From positions 224,001 through 288,000 of the forward strand of contig CAWJQQ010000005.1 of assembly GCA_963845065.1 (NCBI GenBank): a stretch of 64,000 nucleotides of DNA, read 5' to 3'. Origin of the DNA: Nitrospirota bacterium (lineage in GTDB: Bacteria > Nitrospirota > UBA9217). Shown here in pieces: positions 29,413-39,526 of this stretch; positions within the stretch are counted from its first letter, which is position 1; each line of letters opens with the position of its first letter. The notes beneath the pieces were generated by a model. That model did no database searches. It worked only from the letters and a program-made list of their open reading frames with translations, and was not told the DNA's origin. Both the position numbers and the translations under genes were made by a program.

Positions 29413-30150
29413 CTATCGGTGGACCGGGAGGCTGATTTGGGCCTTCAACCTAATGAGTGCCTGATTGTGAAGCTGGCAGACCCGTCCCTCGGTTAAATGC
29501 AAGACTTTGCCGATTTCTTTCATGGTCATTTCTTCCCAGTAGTACAATGACAAAATGAGCTTCTCTTTTTCGGGCAAGCGTTCAATCAGCTCGGCAAGGG
29601 CCTCTTTCGAGCTACTCTCTTCGAGGAGTTCGAGCGGGCTCTTTGCGGCCGGGTCGGGGATACATTCCGTGACGTCCATATCGCTCTCTTCATACATCTT
29701 GTCCCGGAAATCCTCGAAGCTGAATACAACGGCATTGCTGGCGTTCTGGACCGTCCGGTAATACTCGTCAAGGGTGATTTCAAGCCGTTCTGCGATTTCT
29801 TCCTCATGGGGCATGCGACCGAGGTTCAGCTCAAGTTCGCGGTGCGCCTTTCTGATCTGTCCGATCTTGGTCTTGAGAGACCGTGGCATCCAATCGTGGG
29901 ACCTCAATTCGTCGAGCATAGCGCCCTTGATCCGGTATTCTACAAAAGTGTTGAGCTTTACACGGCCTTCGGTATAGCGTTGGAGCGCGTCCAAAAGACC
30001 GACAATCCCAACGCTGATTAGGTCGTTCACCGCCAGCTGGGGCGGGAGTCGATGGGCCAGTCGATAGGCCGTATACTTGATAAAGGGGAGGGAATCGTTA
30101 ATGATCTTCTCCTTCTCCATTTCGCTCATATCTACTTTGTAATCTGTCAT
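29413..30150 (-). CDS. fliA: Flagellar sigma factor sigma28
   Basis: RIKGAMLDELRSHDW.PRS; TMKEIG.VL.LTEGRVCQLH. Confidence 0.98.
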   Translation of the reverse strand: MTDYKVDMSEMEKEKIINDSLPFIKYTAYRLAHRLPPQLAVNDLISVGIVGLLDALQRYTEGRVKLNTFVEYRIKGAMLDELRSHDWMPRSLKTKIGQIRKAHRELELNLGRMPHEEEIAERLEITLDEYYRTVQNASNAVVFSFEDFRDKMYEESDMDVTECIPDPAAKSPLELLEESSSKEALAELIERLPEKEKLILSLYYWEEMTMKEIGKVLHLTEGRVCQLHNQALIRLKAQISLPVHR

Positions 30151-30189
30151 TTTTGTACCCCCTCAATCTAAATTGCTTCGAATCGTTCC

Positions 30190-31041
30190 CTATCTCATCT
30201 GCTCCCGGGCAGGGTCGGCCGAGGCCGCAAGCAAATTACCAATGAAAAACTGCAGCGACCCCTTGACCTTTTGCGGTCGGTTGTTCAGATTTACCGCTAT
30301 CTCATTAATGCACTTTGAAATGAACTTCTTGGGGAAAAGGTCTATAAATGCAGTCTGTGAGCGGACTGCCTTCCTGACGTCCTCGTCATAAGGTAGGTAG
30401 CCCAGGTAGTCGAGAGAAATATTCAAAAAGCGGTCCGTAGCTTGCGTGAGTCTCTGAAACACATCGTTTGCTTCCTCTTCATTTTTCACGGCGTTCACGA
30501 GCACGTGAAACTTGTTCTCTTGATACTCCGTGTAGAGGACCTTGATCAGGTGATAGGCGTCAACCCACGCGGTCGGTTCCGGTGTGGTTACAATGATAAG
30601 ATCCTGCGCAGCAGAGCAGAAGAAGGTAACATTCTCCGAGATGCCCGCTGAATTGTCGATGAGCATGATGTCAACATCGCCATCGTAGGAATCGAAGGCG
30701 TCTAGGATTTTAAGCCGCTGGAACTCGTCAAGACGAGTAAGATCCTGGACACCTTCTCCGGCGGGCAGGATCTTTATGCCCTGAGGGCCGTCAATAAGGA
30801 TGTCCTTGAGCGTGATTGACCCGTCGAGCAGGTGGCTGATATTGTAATTTGCATGCTTGTTCAACAGAATATTGATGTTGGAAAGTCCGAGGTCAGCGTC
30901 CACGATAACGACTTTTTTCCCAAGCTTGCTCAATGCAATGGCGAGACTGGCCGCGATGTTGGTTTTACCCACGCCGCCCTTGCCGCTTGCGATCGCAATG
31001 GTCTTTACAGATTTTTTGTTTCCCATTGGTTCCGTTAGCAT
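30190..31041 (-). CDS. flhG: MinD-like ATPase FlhG/FleN
   Basis: SGKGGVGKT; DADLGL.N; TPEPT; after flhF. Confidence 0.95.
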   Translation of the reverse strand: MLTEPMGNKKSVKTIAIASGKGGVGKTNIAASLAIALSKLGKKVVIVDADLGLSNINILLNKHANYNISHLLDGSITLKDILIDGPQGIKILPAGEGVQDLTRLDEFQRLKILDAFDSYDGDVDIMLIDNSAGISENVTFFCSAAQDLIIVTTPEPTAWVDAYHLIKVLYTEYQENKFHVLVNAVKNEEEANDVFQRLTQATDRFLNISLDYLGYLPYDEDVRKAVRSQTAFIDLFPKKFISKCINEIAVNLNNRPQKVKGSLQFFIGNLLAASADPAREQMR

Positions 31042-32168
31042 GAATAGCACTCCTTTTTCACGATGAGGCCTGCGAGCCTATTGACCGTCGCGGTTTCGAT
31101 ATCACCGGGGACACGCTGGCCCGTCGTTAGATAGGCAACCGGCTTTTGATAGGTAACGAGAATGTTGTACAGGGACCCGAAGCGTACGGCCTCGTCTACT
31201 TTTGTAAATGTGAGGTAGTCTATCGGCAGCTTCCGGTACGAGTGGTACGCCTCGATCATTGATTCATCGTCGACGTTCGCGCCCATCAGGAGGTGGAGCT
31301 CCAAGGGTACTTCGGTTTTGCAAAGACCTGCCATGCTCTCGATGTAGGCCTCGTCTCGGGGATTTCTCCCCGTCGTATCGATGAACACGATATCTCTGTT
31401 TTCGGCGTACTTGGCGAGATTGCTCCTGAATTCCTCACCGGTATGAGCGGTTATCAGGGGGATGCCTAGGATCCGCGAATAGATCCGCACCTGTTCTACG
31501 GCACCTATCCGAAATGTATCGAGATTGATTATGGCGGCTTTTTTCCCTGCCTTGACAGCTTGTGCTGCGAGTTTGGCCAGTGTTGTGGTTTTGCCCACAC
31601 CCGTGGGGCCCATCAGCATGACAGCCTTGCGAGAGCCGGATTGACGTTTAATCTTAATATCAGCTGAGATCATGAGCGGGATCTCGTCAATATTGGTCGT
31701 TCGGTCGCAGAGGCGAAGGGCGAATTCCTCGCGGATCGACCGTTCTCTGAAAAACGTCATCATTGCACGTTTTTTTGACGGCAGGGACACTTCGTAACCG
31801 TTGTTCTTCATGGATTCGATCATAAGTCGGAGACTGGTGATCTCGCTCTTGAGGTCGTTGGCTGCATAATCAAACGCCGGCGTAGTGCCGTAAGAAGAGA
31901 CCCGTTCCGAACATGGCCGAACAGCTGGCTCTGAGTGTAGCGTTGACTGCTCAGAGTTTTGCTTCTGCGGTTCACCGTGAACGAGAAACTGCGAACTTTG
32001 AACTCCGCTGGCGGAGGTATCATAATCCACGGCCGCCGTTACTTCCACGTGGGGTCGCAAACCATGCTTTTCTTCTGTTGATAAAATTATGGCGTCTTGG
32101 CTCAGCTCCTTCTTGACCTGTGCGAGGGCCTCGGAAAATGTTCTGGCGGTAAATTTTTTAATCTTCAT
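31035..32168 (-). CDS. flhF: SRP-family GTPase FlhF
   Basis: GPTGVGKTTT; DTFRIGA; DTTG; TKVDE; GQRVPGD. Confidence 0.97.
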   Translation of the reverse strand: MKIKKFTARTFSEALAQVKKELSQDAIILSTEEKHGLRPHVEVTAAVDYDTSASGVQSSQFLVHGEPQKQNSEQSTLHSEPAVRPCSERVSSYGTTPAFDYAANDLKSEITSLRLMIESMKNNGYEVSLPSKKRAMMTFFRERSIREEFALRLCDRTTNIDEIPLMISADIKIKRQSGSRKAVMLMGPTGVGKTTTLAKLAAQAVKAGKKAAIINLDTFRIGAVEQVRIYSRILGIPLITAHTGEEFRSNLAKYAENRDIVFIDTTGRNPRDEAYIESMAGLCKTEVPLELHLLMGANVDDESMIEAYHSYRKLPIDYLTFTKVDEAVRFGSLYNILVTYQKPVAYLTTGQRVPGDIETATVNRLAGLIVKKECYSC

Positions 32169-34200
32169 ATTTCAACACTCCGGTAGTATAAAGGCGCACG
32201 CTTGGCGCCAACTCGGCATTCGAGAGAACAACCAGTGGGAAAAGGAACCGCTCGGTGATTTTCTTTAGGAACCGCCGTGCCTGGGTGGAGCAGAGGATGA
32301 TTGGTTGCAGGCCCCGATTGCGTTCATTCACGATGGCCTTTTCCAACGACTTCATGAGCTTCGATACGACTTCAGGGTTGATGGCACCACCGGACTCCGT
32401 GGCTTGAATCAGGGCCCGTTCAAAGCGCGGGTCGAGGGTCATCGCGTGGATGCCACCGTCCGCAGCGATGTACTGTTTGGTGATAAACCGCGAGAGCGAC
32501 TGGCGCACAGTTTCCGTAAGGATGTCAGTGTCTTTGGTCACCAGTGCATGATCGATGAGCGTCTCAAGAATCGTGATCAGGTCGTTGATCGGAACACGCT
32601 CCCTAAGAAGGTTCTGGAGTACTCGTTGAAGGCCGCCGAGAGTGAGGCTTGCCGGTATGAGTTCATCTACCAGCTTGGGATAGTTCTTCGATACGCTGTT
32701 GAGCAGGTTCTGAACCTCAGTCCTTGTGAGGAGTTCCCAAGCATGTATCCTGATGAGTTCTGTCAGGTGCGTTACGATGGCCGTTGCAGGATCAACAACC
32801 ATATATCCTCTGGCTCGCGCTTGTTCAACGTCACGATCGCTGATCCAATATGCGGGCAGTCCAAACGCTGGTTCCTTCGTGGGAATGCCCTCGATCTTCT
32901 GAACGTTCGCGGCAGTCACGGCCAGGTGATACCCTATCATGACTTCGCTGCGCGCCACTTCGATGCCGCGGATCAAGAGTGTGTACTCGTGGGGCCGGAG
33001 TTGGAGGTTGTCCTTGATATGGATCGACGGCACCACGAACCCGAGATCGGAAGCCAGCTGTCTGCGCATGGCCTTGACCTTGTTCAGGAGCTCCGCCTTG
33101 CCGCCCTCCACGAGCGGGATGAGTCCGTAGCCGATTTCAAACGTGAGCGGTTCGAGCTCGATAAACGTTTCAATAGGAGCTTCCTGAGGTGGCGCTGCAA
33201 CCTTTTGCAACTCCGCAGCCGCTTTTTCTTTCACCACGCCCTGCCCGAGGGCATACGCGAGGCCACCCGATGCTGCTGAGAGAAGTAAAAAGGGAATGTG
33301 TGGCAGACCGGGAACCATTCCGAGCGTGGCCATGATGCCCGCTGTAGTGAGCAACACCTTCGGGTTGACGAAGAGCTGTTTCGAGATGTCCTTACCCATG
33401 TCCGTGTCGGAACCGGCGCGGCTTACCACCATGCCTGCAGCCGTGGAGATGAGAAGCGCAGGAATCTGAGCAACGAGGCCGTCGCCGATGGTCAGGACAG
33501 TATAGGTTTTTAGTGCTTCTACGAAGGGCATGCCTTGCTGAAGTGTGCCGATAGCGAACCCGCCGATGATGTTGATGCCGGTAATGATTAAGCCGGCAAT
33601 GGCGTCGCCACGTACGAACTTGCTAGCGCCGTCCATGGCACCGTAGAAATCTGCCTCCTGTGCTACCTGAGACCGGCGACGCCTTGCTTCTGCTTCATTG
33701 ATGATGCCTGCGTTCAAATCAGCATCAATGGCCATCTGTTTGCCCGGCATGGCATCGAGGACGAACCGGGCCGCGACTTCTGCAATCCTGCCCGAACCCT
33801 TGGTGATGACCACGAAATTGATGACCACTAGGATCAGGAAGATGATAAAGCCGACAGCATAATTACCACCTACAACAAAGTTGCCGAAGGACTTGATTAC
33901 CTGACCCGCAGCGTCGATGCCCTCATTCCCTCGGAGCAGGATCAACCGGGTGGACGCAATGTTGAGTGACAGGCGATAGAGCGTCGTCATGAGCAGGATA
34001 GTCGGAAATACCGACAGGTCCAGGGGCTTCCGAATGTAGACCGCTGATACCAGGATCACGATAGCAAGCGATATGGAGAAAGACAACAGGAGGTCCAGAA
34101 TAAAGGGCGGTACAGGCAGAACCATGACGCCCACGACGGAAACCACAGCCACCGCGACGATAATGTCTCCCCGTGCCTGTATCTGTTCTAAAACACTCAT
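32158..34200 (-). CDS. flhA: Flagellar export gate FlhA
   Basis: RIAEVAARFVLDAMPGKQMAIDADL; FYGAMDGASKFVRGD. Confidence 0.99.
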   Translation of the reverse strand: MSVLEQIQARGDIIVAVAVVSVVGVMVLPVPPFILDLLLSFSISLAIVILVSAVYIRKPLDLSVFPTILLMTTLYRLSLNIASTRLILLRGNEGIDAAGQVIKSFGNFVVGGNYAVGFIIFLILVVINFVVITKGSGRIAEVAARFVLDAMPGKQMAIDADLNAGIINEAEARRRRSQVAQEADFYGAMDGASKFVRGDAIAGLIITGINIIGGFAIGTLQQGMPFVEALKTYTVLTIGDGLVAQIPALLISTAAGMVVSRAGSDTDMGKDISKQLFVNPKVLLTTAGIMATLGMVPGLPHIPFLLLSAASGGLAYALGQGVVKEKAAAELQKVAAPPQEAPIETFIELEPLTFEIGYGLIPLVEGGKAELLNKVKAMRRQLASDLGFVVPSIHIKDNLQLRPHEYTLLIRGIEVARSEVMIGYHLAVTAANVQKIEGIPTKEPAFGLPAYWISDRDVEQARARGYMVVDPATAIVTHLTELIRIHAWELLTRTEVQNLLNSVSKNYPKLVDELIPASLTLGGLQRVLQNLLRERVPINDLITILETLIDHALVTKDTDILTETVRQSLSRFITKQYIAADGGIHAMTLDPRFERALIQATESGGAINPEVVSKLMKSLEKAIVNERNRGLQPIILCSTQARRFLKKITERFLFPLVVLSNAELAPSVRLYTTGVLKYED

Positions 34201-35234
34201 CAGGCCACACCTTTCAGCTTGTAAATGTGCGCCAGGATTTTGGCCACTGCACGGTACAGTTCTTCAGGTATGAACGAGTCAAGTTTGACTTTGAAGAGTG
34301 CTCGGGCTAGGGGTTTGTCTTCCATGAGCGGCACGCCGTGCCTGCGCGCGGTTTCCCTGATTTTTTCAGCAATATATCCTTTGCCCTTTGCAATGACTTT
34401 GGGAGCAGCGCCATGATCTTTTTTATAGAGCAGCGCCACGGCAATGTGGGTCGGGTTCGTGATCACCACAGTTGCTTTGGGCACGGCCTCCATCATCCTC
34501 CGACGCGCCATGTCTCTCTGCATGCTTTTAATCTTTGCCTTAATGAGCGGATCGCCTTGGGATTCACGTGACTCTTCCCTGATCTCTTCCTTGGTCATTC
34601 TAAGAGAGCGCTCGAACTTCCACCGTTCGTACAAATAATCGATCAAGGCCAGGACGAAGTAGGTGGAGAACGCATAGGCAACAGCTTTGCCAATAAGACT
34701 GAAGGCAACGGACTGGATATCGTGCAACTCCATAGCTGAGGTCAATGGCAAAATGATAAGGGCTTTCTTGGCCATAATGTAGAATAAAACAATGCCCAGA
34801 ATGAACTTGATGATGCTTTTGAAAACGCCTGGCAGAGCGCTGATAGAAAACAGGTTTTTTAATCCCTCAAGCGGGTTGAGCTTCGTCAATTCCATGGAAA
34901 GTGGCTTGAAGACGATGCCTCCCTGCATCACATTGGAAAAAATTGCGAACACTGCAGAGGCAGCAAAAACAGGTATAAGGATCATCATCATGTCCATGGA
35001 TGCCGCCCGCATTACGGTAAGCGGGTCCCTGCCGTAGCGGAGGTCAAGGAGTCTGCCAGTGAGCCCTGTCAAGTTATTCATTAAAGACGTCCCTGCAAAA
35101 TAAAACACGACAAGAACGCCCGCAGTGGCAGCCATGGAACCGAGTTCACGACTTCGAGCGACCTGGCCCTTTTCCTGAGCTTTCTGGCGCTGTCGAGGCG
35201 TCGCTTGTTCTGTTTTATCGTTGTTTTCCGCCAT
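34200..35234 (-). CDS. flhB: Export switch protein FlhB
   Basis: KTEQATP; NPTH autocleavage motif. Confidence 0.98.
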   Translation of the reverse strand: MAENNDKTEQATPRQRQKAQEKGQVARSRELGSMAATAGVLVVFYFAGTSLMNNLTGLTGRLLDLRYGRDPLTVMRAASMDMMMILIPVFAASAVFAIFSNVMQGGIVFKPLSMELTKLNPLEGLKNLFSISALPGVFKSIIKFILGIVLFYIMAKKALIILPLTSAMELHDIQSVAFSLIGKAVAYAFSTYFVLALIDYLYERWKFERSLRMTKEEIREESRESQGDPLIKAKIKSMQRDMARRRMMEAVPKATVVITNPTHIAVALLYKKDHGAAPKVIAKGKGYIAEKIRETARRHGVPLMEDKPLARALFKVKLDSFIPEELYRAVAKILAHIYKLKGVA

Positions 35235-35307
35235 GACTATGACTACCTTCTTTCAAAAACCGTACATGGAACAAAGGGCTGACAGCGCCTTACTGTCTTT
35301 TGCCCAA

Positions 35308-36060
35308 TCATCCCTTCATGAGGAGCAAAACTCGGCCGATCTCATTTGGGATTCCCTTGAAATACCCACTCATAACATAGACAAAAACCGGGAAACTCAG
35401 GAACATTGTCAGGAAGCCGAGGAACAAGTACAGTGGCTGTCCAACAAAGAATACATTCATCTGCGGCGCCGCCTTCGAAACGAATCCGAGGATGATGTTC
35501 GTGATCAGCATGATGATAATAACGGGCGCACTTATTTTGAGGGCGATGACGAAGATGCTTGCGGCGAAGGAAACTCCCGCTGTTATGATTCCCTGTATGT
35601 TGATGGTACCCAAGGGGGCAAGTTCATAGCTCTTTACGAAAATTACTATAAGATCATGGTGCGCATCGATGGCGAAAAACAGGAGCGTCGCAAAGATGCT
35701 GTACAGTTGAGATAAATCCGTAGACTGTCCCATTTCGGGATTGAAGCTGGCGGCCATTGAAAGGCCAGTAACATTGCTCATTACCTGACCTGCCATGTCT
35801 ACCGCAAAAAAGATAAATCGCGCCGTAAAGCCAAAGATCATTGCGAACATCACTTCTCGAACCACGATGAGAGGGATGGCGTTGTTTACGAATTGAAAAT
35901 CCACGACTGGCGTAAGAACGAGAGCAACAGCTACGGCAAGGCCTATCCTGAATTGTGGCGGAAGACTAGTACTGCTGATGAACGGAAGCATATTCAAAAC
36001 AATCCCCGCCCGGAGAAGGATGAAAAGAAAGTTCGGTATGTAGTGTGTGTATGATTCCAT
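35308..36060 (-). CDS. fliR: Export protein FliR
   Basis: Hydrophobic; AGQ; DAHH; KAAPQMNVF. Confidence 0.96.
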   Translation of the reverse strand: MESYTHYIPNFLFILLRAGIVLNMLPFISSTSLPPQFRIGLAVAVALVLTPVVDFQFVNNAIPLIVVREVMFAMIFGFTARFIFFAVDMAGQVMSNVTGLSMAASFNPEMGQSTDLSQLYSIFATLLFFAIDAHHDLIVIFVKSYELAPLGTINIQGIITAGVSFAASIFVIALKISAPVIIIMLITNIILGFVSKAAPQMNVFFVGQPLYLFLGFLTMFLSFPVFVYVMSGYFKGIPNEIGRVLLLMKG

Positions 36061-36103
36061 AGTTTCCCGCACCTGAATTCTGTGCTCTGTCCGAAGTCCT
36101 GAA

Positions 36104-36373
36104 TTATCGTATATACATCGGAATATTCGTGATAAGGTTCGTGGTATATGTGATTAAAACCCTCGCGATCCAGGGGAAAAAGAGGAACAAGGTGACGAAG
36201 ACGGCAAGTATTTTCGGCACAAAGGTCAAGGTAAACTCCTGGATCTGCGTAACTGCCTGGAACAAACTGATGAGGAGGCCCACCGTAAGACTCACGAGCA
36301 GCACCGGTGCTGCAACAGTCACAACAGTCTTAAAAACATCGCCGGAAAGTTCTCTTACGAGATCTATGGTCAT
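36104..36373 (-). CDS. fliQ: Export protein FliQ
   Basis: VGLLISLFQAVTQIQEFTLTFVPKI; start overlapping fliP stop. Confidence 0.97.
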   Translation of the reverse strand: MTIDLVRELSGDVFKTVVTVAAPVLLVSLTVGLLISLFQAVTQIQEFTLTFVPKILAVFVTLFLFFPWIARVLITYTTNLITNIPMYIR

Positions 36374-37002
36374 TGAAAGCTCCTTACGATAGATCCCACA
36401 ACGAGGTTCCACCCGTCAACGAGCACGAAGAGTAGAAGCTTGAAGGGGAGCGATACGAGCACGGGCGGAAGCATCATCATTCCCATGGATAGAAGGACGC
36501 TCGAGACAACGACGTCGATGATCAAAAATGGCAAGAAGAGGAGGAAGCCGATTTCGAACGCGGTCTTAAGCTCGCTGATTGCAAATGCCGGCACGACGAT
36601 TCGCATGGGCAGGTCCATGGGGGTCGCGGGCACTGGTGTTTTTGCGATGTTCAAAAAAAGTGCTATATCTTTCTGCCGCGTTTGCTTCAGCATGAAGGTC
36701 TTGAGCGGCGGGGTAGCAACAATGATTGCCTGCTGGATGGAAATTTTCTTGTCCATATAAGGGCCGATCGCATTTTTTGTGATCACGTCTATCGTCGGTG
36801 ACATGACGAAGAAAGTGAGAAAAATCGAAAGGCCGATGATCACCGGGTTTGGCGGTATCGTCTGGGCGCCGATGGCCTGGCGTAAAAAGGAGAGGATCAC
36901 CACAATTCTGGTAAAGGATGTGAACATGACCAGCATTGCCGGCAGAAAGGACAGAAAGCTGATGATTAGAAATACCTGGATTGCAGGATCGGTTAATTGC
37001 AT
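36370..37002 (-). CDS. fliP: Export protein FliP (short form)
   Basis: TSFTRI; SELKTAF; MGMMMLPP...SLPFKLLLFVLVDGW. Confidence 0.98.
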   Translation of the reverse strand: MQLTDPAIQVFLIISFLSFLPAMLVMFTSFTRIVVILSFLRQAIGAQTIPPNPVIIGLSIFLTFFVMSPTIDVITKNAIGPYMDKKISIQQAIIVATPPLKTFMLKQTRQKDIALFLNIAKTPVPATPMDLPMRIVVPAFAISELKTAFEIGFLLFLPFLIIDVVVSSVLLSMGMMMLPPVLVSLPFKLLLFVLVDGWNLVVGSIVRSFQ

Positions 37003-37433
37003 GCTAAGGCATCCTTGATTGCCCGGAGTTTTTTGAGTTTATCGCCCGTGTTGGCGACGATCACCCGTTCGGTCTTTTCCGGCTGACGGTGGTCCATTGT
37101 GGCTCCATCAGCGGTGAAGGCGTCGAGCCTTTCTGCTGTATCGGCCGCGACGGTTGCGGCCACCTGTTCGAAAGACCGGTGATGCCCAGTCTCCTCATCG
37201 AGACCGATCAGGGTCTTCAACAATTTAACATCGTTTGCCGTCACGCCGAGCAGCAACACTTCCTGGCCGACCTTGACCATGGCCATCCCTTTTTTCGGAC
37301 CTAGGGACTGGTATCCCATGATCTTCATCAGGCTGCTCTTATCCTGTTTTTTCTTGACGAATAGGCCGAGTAGGAAAATCAACCCGCTGACCAGGATCAA
37401 CGCGAATCCCATATGCAGGTAAAGGTCCATCAT
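36993..37433 (-). CDS. fliO: FliO
   Basis: One TM segment then LGPKKG...VKVGQEVLLLGVT; between fliN and fliP. Confidence 0.9.
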   Translation of the reverse strand: MMDLYLHMGFALILVSGLIFLLGLFVKKKQDKSSLMKIMGYQSLGPKKGMAMVKVGQEVLLLGVTANDVKLLKTLIGLDEETGHHRSFEQVAATVAADTAERLDAFTADGATMDHRQPEKTERVIVANTGDKLKKLRAIKDALACN

Positions 37434-37792
37434 TTGAGTTTTTGAATCCTTTCCGTCGGGCTGATGATATCGGTGAGCCTTACCCCGAATTTTTCATTGA
37501 CCACGACAACCTCGCCGCGCGCCACGAGTTTGTTGTTTACAAGGACTTCCATGGGTTCACCTGCGAGTTTGTCCAGCTCGAGCACGGATCCCTGTCCAAG
37601 CTGCAGCAGATCCTTGATGAGCATGCGTGACCTACCGAGTTCCACTGAGACTTCGAGCGGGATGTCGAGCAGAAAATCCATGTCCCGCTGCATTCCCCCA
37701 GCCCCGTTACCGGCCTTCAATTCTTCGAACCGTGCCCCCTGAGGCGGCGGATTCTGCACTTGAGTCTTGCCTGTCGCTTGAGCTTCTTCCAT
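37430..37792 (-). CDS. fliN: Motor switch protein FliN
   Basis: LLDIPLEVSVELGR...LDKLAGEP...GEVVVVNEKFGVR. Confidence 0.98.
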   Translation of the reverse strand: MEEAQATGKTQVQNPPPQGARFEELKAGNGAGGMQRDMDFLLDIPLEVSVELGRSRMLIKDLLQLGQGSVLELDKLAGEPMEVLVNNKLVARGEVVVVNEKFGVRLTDIISPTERIQKLK

Positions 37793-37826
37793 TGATAACT
37801 CCTTTTCTGAATGCGGAATTCCCAAT

Positions 37827-38798
37827 TCACGTCAGCATCTTCATGATCCGGACTGCCTGGTTTCCCCTGCTAAAGCCAGGTCGCCCACCGAATTTAGGCT
37901 TGTCCTCCACACTAATGACCAAATCATCGGTGGTAGAGGTGTTAAGTGTCAGAACGTCGCCTTCCTTCAAGCTCATCAGATCGCCGAAGGTTAATGTCAA
38001 GCCGCCGATTTCAGCCGTGACTGTGACAGCCGAGCTCATAAGGATGTCTTTCAGCCGACTGACCCAGCGATGGTCGAGGTCAAACTTGTCGCTCTGGATC
38101 CCCGAGTAGAGCTTATCCTTAACCGGCTCGATCATGGAATAGGGGATGCAAAAGAACAGCTTGCCGGTAAAGTCTTCCACCTCAATGTGTATTTCGATCT
38201 TGATAACGATTTCGCTGGGGGTAACGATGGTCACAAACTGGGGATTCATTTCCGAACCCACGTGTTCAGGTTTGATCGTCGAAATTCCGGCCCAGGCGTT
38301 CGCGATATCCGTGAGCGCCATGGCAACGACCTTCTTGATGACCCGCTGTTCAATGGTGGTAAACGCCCGCCCCTCGGATTTGACGTTTCGCACGGTGGCA
38401 CCGCCGAAGAAAAACTCTACGAACGCAAAGACCAATGGTGCTTCGAGGACCATGAGCGAGTACCCCTTGAGCGGTTCCATTTTGAAGATATTGATGCTCG
38501 ATGGAAACGGGATGGTCTTCATGAACTCGCCGAATTTGATGATTGTTACATTGTGGATGCTGATATCTACGAATTTCATGACCAGCGTGGAAACCGAGTT
38601 TCTAAAAAACCGTGAGAATCGTTCGTTCGCCATTTCTAGACCCGGCATGCGTCCGCGGACGATCCGCTCCTGACTTGTGAGATCATAGGACCTCACGCCG
38701 GTCATGATCTTCTGCTTTGCTTCCTCAGTGCCGATCTCACCCTTCTGCACGCCCCTAAGTAGCGCATCAACCTCATCTTGTGAAAGGATGTCACTCAT
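37827..38798 (-). CDS. fliM: Motor switch protein FliM
   Basis: ILSQDEVDALL CheY-binding motif; FTTIE; EMNPQF. Confidence 0.98.
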   Translation of the reverse strand: MSDILSQDEVDALLRGVQKGEIGTEEAKQKIMTGVRSYDLTSQERIVRGRMPGLEMANERFSRFFRNSVSTLVMKFVDISIHNVTIIKFGEFMKTIPFPSSINIFKMEPLKGYSLMVLEAPLVFAFVEFFFGGATVRNVKSEGRAFTTIEQRVIKKVVAMALTDIANAWAGISTIKPEHVGSEMNPQFVTIVTPSEIVIKIEIHIEVEDFTGKLFFCIPYSMIEPVKDKLYSGIQSDKFDLDHRWVSRLKDILMSSAVTVTAEIGGLTLTFGDLMSLKEGDVLTLNTSTTDDLVISVEDKPKFGGRPGFSRGNQAVRIMKMLT

Positions 38799-39298
38799 TG
38801 CATTACAAACTCCGTAAAGTATAGATTTTTAAAAACGTCCTTACCTATCGCTTGGTTGGCCCGCAGGAGAAGCTCATCTTTTATCTGCAGTTTTCCCTCA
38901 GGGCTCGAGAGGGCCTCCGCGGATTTGCTGCTCATTAGTGTTATTATGGCATCGCGCAACTGAGGGGTCCTCTCGGTAACCAATGGCAGGTTGGCCATAT
39001 CGGCGATTTCGAATTGCATAGTCACCTTCAGAAACCTCCCTTGCTCCGCAAGGTTCAGTATGAACGAATCAAGTGCGATGAGCGAGGACTTCGTGTCCTT
39101 TTGCAACTCATGTTTTGTGTCTGACGAGCTTTCTCCACCCTTGCCGCTGAATAGCAGAGAATATGCGGAGACGCCTCCGGCAAGAGCGACCACGATGATT
39201 CCGCTTATGATAAATAGGCTCTTGTTACTCTTTTTTGATCGTGTCGTTTTTCCTACTTTTTCTTCATCAGGTTGAGCATCGTCTTTTTCTTCCGCCAT
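38795..39298 (-). CDS. fliL: Basal body-associated protein FliL
   Basis: Single TM; FILNL...RFLKV; PQLRDAII; YFTEFVMQ. Confidence 0.96.
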   Translation of the reverse strand: MAEEKDDAQPDEEKVGKTTRSKKSNKSLFIISGIIVVALAGGVSAYSLLFSGKGGESSSDTKHELQKDTKSSLIALDSFILNLAEQGRFLKVTMQFEIADMANLPLVTERTPQLRDAIITLMSSKSAEALSSPEGKLQIKDELLLRANQAIGKDVFKNLYFTEFVMQ

Positions 39299-39331
39299 AA
39301 GATTCCTCCTTACATCAATGTCGAGAACATA

Positions 39332-39347
39332 TACAAATACTATGCCG
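39332..39347 (-). promoter_or_regulatory. Sigma54 promoter of fliL operon (non-canonical -12)
   Basis: CGGCA-TAGTAT-TTGTA on minus strand. Confidence 0.65.
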
Positions 39348-39390
39348 GAGCCATCTTATTGAAAATAATAAGATAAGCTTTTTTGAGCAA

Positions 39391-39406
39391 TGTCAAAGAA
39401 ATGACG
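39391..39406. promoter_or_regulatory. FleQ-box-like palindrome
   Basis: TGTCA-AAGAAA-TGACG. Confidence 0.65.
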
Positions 39407-39476
39407 TTTTCCAAAAAGTTCTCGAAAATGTGACGGAGTGCTAGCCAATCGGCCAATTTTAAGCAAGGATTTATAA

Positions 39477-39515
39477 TGTCAATCAGTTGACAGCGAGGAT
39501 TTAATTTGTTATGTT
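39477..39515 (+). promoter_or_regulatory. Sigma70 promoter of the master regulator, overlapped by a FleQ-box-like palindrome
   Basis: TTGACA(39487)-N17-TATGTT(39510) with TG extension; TGTCA-ATCAGT-TGACA at 39477-39492 covers the -35. Confidence 0.75.
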
Positions 39516-39526
39516 AGTCCTACCAA

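Noticed and set aside
32305..33279. 324-aa + strand ORF, and similar long antisense ORFs over flgI, MCPs, cheA and fliM
   Set aside because: Antisense shadows of well-conserved genes with no recognisable motifs
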